This document shows positions 51,601 to 60,000 of a stretch of DNA of 60,000 bases, piece by piece. The translations under genes were made by a program, and so were the position numbers. The notes beneath the pieces were generated by a model. The model was not told the origin of the DNA. It was given only the letters and a program-made list of their open reading frames with translations, and did not search any database. How positions within the stretch are numbered: position 1 is the first letter of the stretch; each line of letters begins with the position of its first letter. Source of the DNA: Lytechinus pictus (Eukaryota); assembly GCF_037042905.1 (NCBI RefSeq), contig NC_087251.1:9798001-9858000 (forward strand), given 5' to 3'.

Positions 51601-54600
51601 GGAAATTGCATTTAAGTTTGTAAGCATCTTGTAATCACTTTGTTCATGGCAACATATTTGTGTGTGAATGTTGGAAAGAGTAACATACAAATTTGTTATC
51701 ATTTTGGGGACAAGTACTTTAAGACTGCACAATCAAAATGTTGATAATACTCTCATAAGATTTGCTAATCAGATTAACGAATTCTTATATCATTGACTGT
51801 AACTTGAGTGATTTTTGTATTTCAATACAAAGGGTTCTTCAAGATCTGTTGTGATGATGGAATGGGATAAGTTATGGAGCTTCAATCGTAAGGTCATTGA
51901 CCCCATCGCCCCAAGGTATACAGGTGTAGTTCAAGATGGAGCCGTACCGGTCATCGTTTCCAATGCTCCGGAGGAATGTAGAGAGGTGGCAAAACATCCA
52001 AAGGTAGGAATTATTTGAAACTGACAGCAAGCGAGAATAAAGTATTGTCCCTCCTCACTTATCCAGTCATTGCTGATCAAGACTCCTCTGTTAATAACTA
52101 GCCTCATCTTCCTGTTGGCTCCCCTATGTTATCTCTCATTCATTTTAATTGTTGTGAGAAATTTTCAATTTATTTTCATCTCATACATACAGAGAGAAAA
52201 TAATGATTATTTACTTGCATCCATAACACAAATGAAATAATTGATTTAATGGATGATATTAATTTGATTACTTTCAGAATGCTGATATTGGCCTGAAGAA
52301 GATGTGGATTAGTAAAAAGGTCTTCATTGATCAGGAGGATGCTGCCACCTTCTCAGAAGGTCAGACTGTGACCTTTATCAATTGGGGTAACCTCAACATC
52401 AAGAAAATTGTCAAGTAAGTATTACATGGATACAAAATTATCCAAAGCATCTCTATTATATTGTAACATCTCCACCAAGTATTTCTAGGTCGTTGGTCCA
52501 TACATCAGTCAAACCGCCTGTCTGTAATTTGTTTATCATCCTTTTCTTCAGGCCGCAAAATATACCAACTTTCAGGTCTCCCATATTTGACCTAATTGCA
52601 ATGTTTCATGTAAATGGTTTATTTAATGAATATAACATGAGGTCTGAGTGTATTTCACAAACATGTCAACTGAAATATTGTCAGATCTGACAACTATCCG
52701 AAGTTTTATTGGCTGATAAGCACAAATTTCTTACTGTTATTATGGTAATTGTTGAATATTGAAAATTTGTCAGTTCTGACAATTTTCATGAAACGTCTCC
52801 TGAAATCAGTAGCAAGCAGTTCAAAGGTTATGATCTGGTGAGGACAAATGTATAAATTTTGACAACTGAGCTTTGTAAAGAGTCCCTTTTGTGAGATATG
52901 TTCTGTGAGACATAATTCTTAACTACTTTCAAAGAAGACCTGGGAATTGTCAGATATTTAGTATGTTCTCAATTACAATGCTGCATTTTGTAAGAAGTAA
53001 ATCAATTACTACATTTTGCAATGTAAATGTGAATACCCTTGGATAAATTTACATCATTGATACTAAGTTGTGATGTTTAATTTTCAGGGCATCAGACGGT
53101 AAAGTTCAGTCAGTTGAGGCAGAGTTTGATGCAGATAACAAGGTATGTCTATACTGAATACAATCGATATGTACATTCCTGTAACAATATCAACAATATT
53201 TTCTATGAAAAGAATCTTAAAGCAATTACATGTCTCTTTATTTTAATGAATATGTTATCCAGTCATTAAATTATATTTTTAGGTTTGTGCTATATGATCA
53301 GGGGTGTAACATAGAGAGATATGCTTCATATTTACAATTGATTAGAAATGTTTGCATGTGGTTTGTCATAAGCTTGGTTATTGCTGAATTATACAATTGA
53401 TCATAACTTTTATGTAACAAGACCCTTGAATAGATTGATGTTTTTTCATAGCTTGCCATTCAATGAATGTTATTAATTTCCAGTAGTTGTGAATTTCATC
53501 CTGTGAATAATTATTTTTTTTCCTTTTAACAATAAAAAAATGATAAGATTAGATGAGCATAGGAAGGCCCCTCTTAAAGAAGAATTCACACCCCACTTCA
53601 ATGGCACCATATGTTAGTAACTTTCTTATTAAAAGGTGAATTTGTTTTTATTTATCTGCACTGTGCGTTTCTACCAAACAGAACTTCAAGAATACAATCA
53701 AGGTCACATGGTTGGGTGAAACCGAGAAGGCTCCATTCATTGAAGCTGTCATGATCCATTACGATTACATCATCACCAAGGGAATTCTGGGTAAAGATGA
53801 AGATTTCAAGGACTATGTCAACAAGAAATCAAGGGTAAGACAAATTTAAGAAGTTAGAATAAAGCTGGTCATTCACAGATGTATTGTGAGTTTTTGATTA
53901 ACGTATCTTTACTCTATTCAATAGTTCCCCAGTTTTCCATGATAGAAACATTTTTAAAATCACATAATTCTTAAAGAACACTAAATTTCACAGGAATCGT
54001 GAATCATAATGATAACATAATACAATGATAATCCTGATATAACCAGTTTGTTGGCTCAGTTGGTATAGCGTCCATCTCACAACCGGGAGGTCGGGAGTTC
54101 AAACCCGGCAGCGTCAGACCAATAGACGTTAAAAGATGGGTGCTACCCTGTAACGGTTAAAGGGATAGAGCCTCGTCGATCTGGCGTTGCACAGCGGCTG
54201 TGCAATATATATATATATAAATGGATTTTCAACATAATAATGATGATGATTATAATTGTTATAAATCCGTCAATTTCCATTTTTACACAATTCTTAAGTC
54301 AAGGACTGATTGCTTCCTGACTCATTATTGTGATTCCATGGATGAGTTACAACATCATATTATTGTGTTTTTTAAAATCATTTAGGAGGATACAAGTATC
54401 CTTGGTGACCCTGAGTTCGCATCTGTAAAGAAAGGTGATATCATCCAGATCCAGAGGAAAGGTTTCTTTATTTGTGATCAGGCTTATGAACCAACAAGGT
54501 AAAGATCTAACCAAGATAAACATTCTTTACCATGATATGAACAAAATATACACATTTTTTTTTTTTTTTTTTTTTCCCCCTCATTTATAACTTAAATATT

Positions 54601-57600
54601 TCTAGCCAAATAGATAAGATGTTTGCTTGAAAGACATTGTTTTCAATTGCAAGTCACTACACATTAACATTTTGTTTCCTTTAAAGTAAAATATATTGGA
54701 ACCCTTCAAAATATATTTTTTTTTAATTCTTTTCATATTAGATCTTTACATGTGAGATTTGGACTTGATGTTTTCTTCTACCATAAACAGCCATCGTAAT
54801 AAGTTTTGATTTTTTCGTTTGTATTGTTCAATTGTACCTTGTGTATGCCAGTAAAAATTGCATCTTGTCAAAGGGTTATTTGTAAAACCTTTGAAAGTTG
54901 TCTTCTGTACATTTGAAGATGTGTTTTATGATTGAACCTTTCAGCAGGCACACAAGTCGTGCTACACCCTGTATCCTGATCAACATCCCTGACGGTCACA
55001 CTAAGAACCAACCTGCATCAGCTACACCAAGTGCTCCAGCTGATAAGGTAAGAATGCAAAGTTTGGGGACATCACTGTCTTTGATGAGAACTGCCCTTTT
55101 TTCACCCTTCATTTTGTTTAAATAGTTGTGAGAGAAGCAAGTATCATATGATGTGATTCATTACTTCTGTTGCTCCTCTGCCTATATCATTTTGCTATCT
55201 TTGGGGAGTGTTCTGTCTAAAGTCACACAAATTTGATGTATTAACTAAAACTTATTAAAAACGATTCTCTCCTTTTTTCTCTCTCTCTTTCTCCTCTCTG
55301 TTGTTAGAGTAAAAAGCAGCCCAAAGAGACCAAGAAGGAAGCAGTGAAGAGTGCCCCAGCTACCCCTGTGCAATCTACTGGAGATGTGGGTGACTTAGTT
55401 GCTAAGATCACTGCTCAAGGTGATGCTGTCAGAACCCTCAAGAATAACAAAGCTCAAAAGGTAAAAAAAAAGCTATAAATCTGCTATATTTAACTCATGT
55501 TCATATCTGTATTAAACCATAAAGTGGCATGGAGTAATCTTACTGCAATTTCGAACGACAAATTTTATTCATTGCCTCATATTTCATTCAGACAAAGAAA
55601 TAATTATTTATAGATCGTACTGAACAATACTTAAAATATTATAATATGTTTTGCTAATATTTATAAATTTTGTTTACATCATTCAAATGCAAAGGAGGTA
55701 TTTGATGCTCAGTTTCTATGCAGTAATTAATGCCAATTAACATAGAACATCTGAAAATGTTATAAACTCAGCTTTAAGACCCATTTGATGTCAATTCACT
55801 GAGAATGATGTAGAGTATATTTGGTTTGTATGAATTAGCCCTGAATGCGCACGATACATGTATATTACATTTCCAATGTTATACTATTGTTTAGGCTGAA
55901 ATAGATGCTGCAGTTAAGATCCTTCTTGCGCTGAAGGCTGATTACAAGAACCAGACTGGACAGGACTACAAGCCAGGAGCAGCAGCACCTAAAGCCAAAG
56001 CTACAGAGACTGGTGGTGTAGATAACTTAGTGTCAAAGATCACTGAACAAGGAGACAAAGTCAGGACTATCAAGGCCAATAAATATCCAAAGGTAGATAC
56101 CTTCTTTGATCTTTCTTCATCTTGTGTCTCACCTATACTGCTCCTGTCGATAGATTCCAGTTTGTCAAAATATGATGAAATTCAAGTATGAGAGTACTGT
56201 TGTTCACAGGCTGCAAAATCTAAAAATATTTTCTTAAAAGAGCATGAAGAATCTATGTCGTATGATAATTTTTTTTTTAAAGTTTGAGCGAATACTTCCA
56301 TGTTGTAAAGTAGGGAAATAAAAAAGCTTCTTTATTAACCTTTGATATTGACTTGGGGATCTTAGTCCAGTCATTTTAGCCCAAATTTTGACCAAACTTG
56401 GAACAAATTGCAACATAATTTTTTTCACCACATTGCATTTCTGTGAGGTCCCTTGTACAACATACTAAAAGTCCCAAACTATCGGAATAGGGGAAAGGCA
56501 TCTAATTTGCAAAAATCCAAGATGGCTGCCAAAATTAATTGATATGCCTTATCCTTAATATTTTTTGCACAGATAATGTAAAATCTTGAATGAATACGCA
56601 ATTCACTATGATTAAGATATTATAAATTGATTGTAAACGTTTTCGGGACTGTCCGGTAAATATTTTTCGAAAAATGTGAGAATTTATGCCAAAATGTCCA
56701 TGTTTTCGGTCAAGAATTTGTATGTGCGTTGATATCTTCCTGTTTTATCATTAGCATCAACATCTAATGCAAAATATCAGCATTCAACAAGAAAGGGGAT
56801 ATATCAACGAGAAAATTGATATGCTTCATGACAATATTAATGTCTTTACTTGCTTAGATTAAGGGCAAATACATTCGAATATATTACTCGATATTGCATT
56901 AAAGTGACACCAAAAAACAACCTCCGTTTTTAGCCACACCTTTGATATCGACTACAAAGCGATCGCTGGCATGCCTTTAAAGAGATTACATTAGATTAAA
57001 TCGGTCTTGCCTCGCCTTTGTTGGTGTGACTCCCGGATGTGACCGACCCAAATAAATACATGTGTGCGTATAGCGATAGAAAGGTGTATATTACTTAAAT
57101 TGATATGTGGGCAAAGGGCTTTTTCTACAAATCAAAACAACTTTTATTGTATTGAAATCACTAGGAGGCAAAAGAGTAGGCTTTTCTCTATCAGTTACAT
57201 ATAAAGAAGTGATGCCACAGCAAATCCTACCCCCTCAGGGGTATGCCGAAGTCACCAACCCATTTTTGTATTTTGCCCATTTCTTGGAAAATTCGCCATT
57301 TTTAGCCCCATTGAGGCAAAAGGCATTTCCCCTTTGCAATAAACCACTTTTATTGTTTTGTAAGCACTTGGGGATGAAAAAATAGATTTTCCTCTATCAG
57401 CTAAACAATATAAAGAAGTGCTGGCACAGCAAAGCTCATCCGCTACGGGGTTTGCCAAACTCACCCCTTCTCCATATTTTGCCAATTTATGGAAAAATCT
57501 ATAAATCCAGAGTCCTCATTGAGGCAAAAAGATGTTTCTGGTATAGTGTAAGCCATTTTTATTGTTTAAAAATCACTTGAAGAAAAAAAAAACTAGATTT

Positions 57601-59860
57601 TCCATTATCAGCTACATAATAGAAGTGCTGGCTCAGCAAAGCCTACCCCCTCAGGGGTTCCCCAAGTCTCCCCACCCTGTTTGCCTATTTTTCCTCTTTT
57701 TTAAAACAAAATCGCAGTTTTTGACCCCCCCCCCCTATTCAGGCAATAGGCATTTCTGCTATATGGTAAAGTCACTTTTATTATTTGAAACCACTTAAAC
57801 AGTTAAAGATGAATAGGTTTCGTCTATCAGCGCATCGACCCCTTCCCTCTTCAGGAGCTCCAAATTGACAGATTTTCCCATAAGTTGGCAAAATACAGAA
57901 AAGGGGTGAGTGACTTCGGTAGTATAATAGGATGTGGCAGGTCTAATAGCTACATTTCATTTTTTTCTTGAACTCTGAGATCGAGCAGGCAGTAAATGTC
58001 ATTATTTGGTGTACAATGTCATGTGACTAGCATATGATAGTTTCCATGCCTAGACCCTGTCATGTTAAACAATTAATACAATTAATCAGAATCGAATTTA
58101 TGTATTTAATGTTAAAAGTAACAGTGTTTTTGTAGTATAAATCTTTGCTTACTGATATTTATGATATAGCTATCATAGTATGAGGAGGAATGTTTATAGT
58201 AGTATCGAGTCCGGAATTGATATGATTTGCAATCGGGTCTGAGTACATAGTGTACACTAGCGTCGTCTGCTACGTAAACTAAATGAACGAATATGACCAA
58301 AACTTACCATTATCTTTATGCAAATTAGAACACTTTCCCCTATTCGGATTTTCTGGGACTTTTAGTATGGTCTTCTATGGACCTAAAAGAAATGTTCTGC
58401 ATTGGAATAAATTCTGTTGCAATTTATTCCAAGTGAAAAGTTAAAATGACTGGACTATCTCACATGAAATTAGTGTTATTGCCTTCAAGCTATTGGAAGG
58501 ACATTTAGAAACTGTTTCATTCATGTTTGAGGAATGAATTTGGGAGTGGAAGGATATCTTTCCATTCATTCCCTGCCTTGTTTATTTGTCTTTTATTACC
58601 CATAAGCTGTAAAGGTTATTGTGTGTGTGGTAATTGGTCATTTCAAGTCTGGTGTTGGTGTTGGTGTTGGAAGCACAATTTGGATTACACTTTCTCACCT
58701 CCAACACCTATTCTGAATTTACACAAATAATCAAGATCACAATATTGACAGCTCTACACCTAGTGAGAAACTTTTCAGGACCATCTTCATTTTATGTTTG
58801 GTGTTAAACTCATGTCGAAATTGACCTAACACCAACACCAAAAGGTCAACACTGAATTTGAAATCACCCAATGATTGATCTTCCATGGTGAACATTATCT
58901 CACTCTTTCTTGTAGGAGGAAATTGATGCTGCGGTCAAGGTTCTTCTAGCTCTCAAGGCAGACTACAAGAAACTGACTGGCAAAGACTACAAACCAGGAG
59001 CAGCTCCTGCTGTCAAGAAGGAGGCCGCTCCAGCTGCACCAGGAGGACCGGAGGTAGAGGCCATTGTTGCAAAGATCACAGCCCAGGGAGATCAAGTCCG
59101 TAAACTCAAGTCGGATAAAGCTGACAAGGTAAGCCAATCCAAGATCAATTATCAAGATGGTGTTTGGTGTCAAACTCATTTCGAAATTGACCTAACACCA
59201 ACACCAAAAGGTCAACACTGAATTTGAAATCACCCAATCATTGATCTTCCATGGTGAACATTATCTCACTCTTTCTTGTAGGAGGAAATTGATGCTGCGG
59301 TCAAGGTTCTTCTAGCTCTCAAGGCAGACTACAAGAAACTGACTGGCAAAGACTACAAACCAGGAGCAGCTCCTGCTGTCAAGAAGGAGGCCGCTCCAGC
59401 TGCACCAGGAGGACCGGAGGTAGAGGCCATTGTTGCAAAGATCACAGCCCAGGGAGATCAAGTCCGTAAACTCAAGTCGGATAAAGCTGACAAGGTAAGC
59501 CAATCCAAGATCAATTATCAAGATGGTGTTTGGTGTCAAACTCATGTCGAAATTGACCTAACACCAACACCAAAAGGTCAACACTGAATTTGAAATCACC
59601 CAATGATTGATCTTCCATGGTGAACATTATCTCACTCTTTCTTGTAGGAGGAAATTGATGCTGCGGTCAAGGTTCTTCTAGCTCTCAAGGCAGACTACAA
59701 GAAACTGACTGGCAAAGACTACAAACCAGGAGCAGCTCCTGCTGTCAAGAAGGAGGCCGCTCCAGCTGCACCAGGAGGACCGGAGGTAGAGGCCATTGTT
59801 GCAAAGATCACAGCCCAGGGAGATCAAGTCCGTAAACTCAAGTCGGATAAAGCTGACAAG
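36630..59860 (+). CDS. EPRS: Bifunctional glutamyl-prolyl-tRNA synthetase, 5' part (GST-like domain, GluRS, WHEP repeats). The ProRS half is expected beyond the window.
   Basis: 22 GT-AG exons join in frame. Motifs include [14 protein letters not shown] (HIGH), [38 protein letters not shown] and WHEP helices QGDxVRxLK...[13 protein letters not shown]. Confidence 0.97.
37120..37680 (+). repeat. Purine-rich (GA/GAA/GGAA) low-complexity tract
   Basis: Mostly A/G on the + strand. Confidence 0.85.
37716..38800. mobile_element. Academ-like non-autonomous DNA transposon
   Basis: CAGTCAGAC(T/C)GCAGGTCC inverted ends, 4-bp TSD CCAT. Confidence 0.7.
38920..40416 (+). mobile_element. Helitron/Helentron-derived (DINE-1/HINE-like) element with internal tandem repeats
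   Basis: gtctgtcgtccgtcc microsatellite-like start, repeated ccatctggtagagcttcatgaggttcaccaaacttctacacagaatttt units, 3' hairpin cacatca-t-tgatgtg followed by ctagtt. Confidence 0.6.
40923..42881. mobile_element. CAGGG-terminated TIR element (hAT/P-like) containing a 1.1-kb purine tract
   Basis: CAGGGCTC(C/G)ACACTA ends, AATAATC direct repeat. It interrupts a ggtcaaaggtca-type repeat. Confidence 0.75.
41105..42220 (+). repeat. Long purine-rich (GAAA/GGAA) low-complexity tract
   Basis: About 1.1 kb almost entirely A/G. Confidence 0.9.
43132..43210 (+). CDS. EPRS: EPRS exon 2
   Basis: [26 protein letters not shown], ctcag/gtaagt. Confidence 0.85.
43652..43751 (+). CDS. EPRS: EPRS exon 3 (GST-like)
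   Basis: [33 protein letters not shown], gcag/gtgagt. Confidence 0.92.
44228..44810. mobile_element. Palindromic TTAA-flanked Kolobok-like MITE (degenerate relative at ~30830-31400)
   Basis: ttaa|AGGAGAATGAAAC...GTTTCATTCTCCT|ttaa with long TIRs. Confidence 0.85.
45018..45174 (+). CDS. EPRS: EPRS exon 4 (GST-like)
   Basis: VDHWLDFA...[21 protein letters not shown]. Confidence 0.93.
45775..45914 (+). CDS. EPRS: EPRS exon 5
   Basis: SNPFSK...[15 protein letters not shown]...KQELS, donor gtatgt. Confidence 0.85.
48005..48093 (+). CDS. EPRS: EPRS exon 6
   Basis: [29 protein letters not shown]. Confidence 0.95.
48572..48698 (+). CDS. EPRS: EPRS exon 7 (HIGH motif)
   Basis: [17 protein letters not shown]...[16 protein letters not shown]. 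Confidence 0.96.
49246..49438 (+). CDS. EPRS: EPRS exon 8
   Basis: [21 protein letters not shown]...GKAYCD. Confidence 0.95.
49882..50053 (+). CDS. EPRS: EPRS exon 9
   Basis: [11 protein letters not shown]...[24 protein letters not shown]. Confidence 0.95.
50556..50789 (+). CDS. EPRS: EPRS exon 10 (KMSKS-equivalent LLSKR)
   Basis: [27 protein letters not shown]...[11 protein letters not shown]. Confidence 0.96.
51241..51325 (+). CDS. EPRS: EPRS exon 11
   Basis: [28 protein letters not shown]. Confidence 0.95.
51833..52003 (+). CDS. EPRS: EPRS exon 12
   Basis: [29 protein letters not shown]...KHPK. Confidence 0.95.
52278..52414 (+). CDS. EPRS: EPRS exon 13
   Basis: NADIGLKK...VTFINWGN. 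Confidence 0.94.
53088..53142 (+). CDS. EPRS: EPRS exon 14
   Basis: [18 protein letters not shown], phases fit the flanking exons. Confidence 0.88.
53682..53834 (+). CDS. EPRS: EPRS exon 15
   Basis: [11 protein letters not shown]...[18 protein letters not shown]. Confidence 0.94.
54043..54203 (+). mobile_element. tRNA-derived SINE (Meta-domain-like body)
   Basis: A box TGGCTCAGTTGG, B box GTTCAAACCC, gtcagaccaatagacgttaaaagatggg body. Confidence 0.75.
54386..54498 (+). CDS. EPRS: EPRS exon 16
   Basis: [26 protein letters not shown]. Confidence 0.95.
54945..55047 (+). CDS. EPRS: EPRS exon 17 (CAGCAG tandem acceptor)
   Basis: [13 protein letters not shown], end of the GluRS domain. Confidence 0.92.
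55308..55460 (+). CDS. EPRS: EPRS exon 18: linker + first helix of WHEP1
   Basis: ...[22 protein letters not shown], phase 0-0. Confidence 0.92.
55895..56092 (+). CDS. EPRS: EPRS exon 19: second helix of WHEP1 + first helix of WHEP2
   Basis: [28 protein letters not shown]...[22 protein letters not shown]. Confidence 0.93.
56355..58461. mobile_element. ~2.1-kb non-autonomous TIR element with internal ~207-bp tandem repeats (57140-57850), in EPRS intron 19
   Basis: tagtccagtcatttta / taaaatgactggacta ends plus a subterminal inverted match 56464-56512 vs 58320-58368. Superfamily uncertain. Confidence 0.7.
58633..58872. mobile_element. Small MITE with (GGTGTT)n subterminal repeats, whose right half is carried in every WHEP array intron
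   Basis: attggtcatttcaagtctggtgttg vs reverse complement attgggtgatttcaaattcagtgttg. Confidence 0.6.
58916..59128 (+). CDS. EPRS: EPRS exon 20: WHEP repeat exon, copy 1
   Basis: [28 protein letters not shown]...[22 protein letters not shown], 213 nt, phase 0-0. Confidence 0.93.
59282..59494 (+). CDS. EPRS: EPRS exon 21: WHEP repeat exon, copy 2
   Basis: Appears identical to exon 20, offset 366 bp. Confidence 0.88.
59648..59860 (+). CDS. EPRS: EPRS exon 22: WHEP repeat exon, copy 3
   Basis: Appears identical to exon 20, offset 732 bp. Confidence 0.88.
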
Positions 59861-60000
59861 GTAAGCCAATCCAAGATCAATTATCAAGATGGTGTTTGGT
59901 GTCAAACTCATGTCGAAATTGACCTAACACCAACACCAAAAGGTCAACACTGAATTTGAAATCACCCAATGATTGATCTTCCATGGTGAACATTATCTCA

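Larger units (their letters stand above)
58795..60000 (+). repeat. 366-bp tandem array (213-nt WHEP exon + 153-nt intron), more than 3.3 units, runs off the window
   Basis: Units start at 58795, 59161, 59527 and 59893. Only a few intronic substitutions separate them. Confidence 0.97.

Noticed and set aside
58946..59911. Three identical 77-aa minus-strand ORFs
   Set aside because: Antisense shadows of the WHEP exon array.

Overview
AT-rich, intron-containing animal genomic DNA. The repeat families suggest a sea urchin or other echinoderm, which is an inference. Two spliced protein-coding genes lie on the + strand. One is a complete 3-exon ribosomal protein S29 gene (RPS29/uS14, 21450-28082) with a TCT/5'TOP start. 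The other is the 5' part of the bifunctional glutamyl-prolyl-tRNA synthetase gene EPRS (22 exons from 36630 to beyond 60000: GST-like domain, class I GluRS, WHEP linker). The EPRS WHEP linker is encoded by a near-identical 366-bp exon+intron tandem array that continues past the window end. Between the two genes is a candidate spliced non-coding transcript (~32690-35370) with a 6-nt microexon and a long intronic hairpin. The first 21 kb is a stack of non-autonomous DNA transposons: a 4.9-kb P-like element whose empty site survives in a nearby paralogous block, a TA-flanked element inserted into a copy of itself, and a four-level nest centred on a TU-like foldback element with inverted 15-bp-repeat arms. 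Many MITEs (hAT-, Kolobok-, Harbinger- and Academ-like), two tRNA-derived SINEs and purine-rich tracts fill the introns and intergenic DNA. No transposase or reverse transcriptase ORF was recognised, and nearly all ORFs in the supplied track are spurious.
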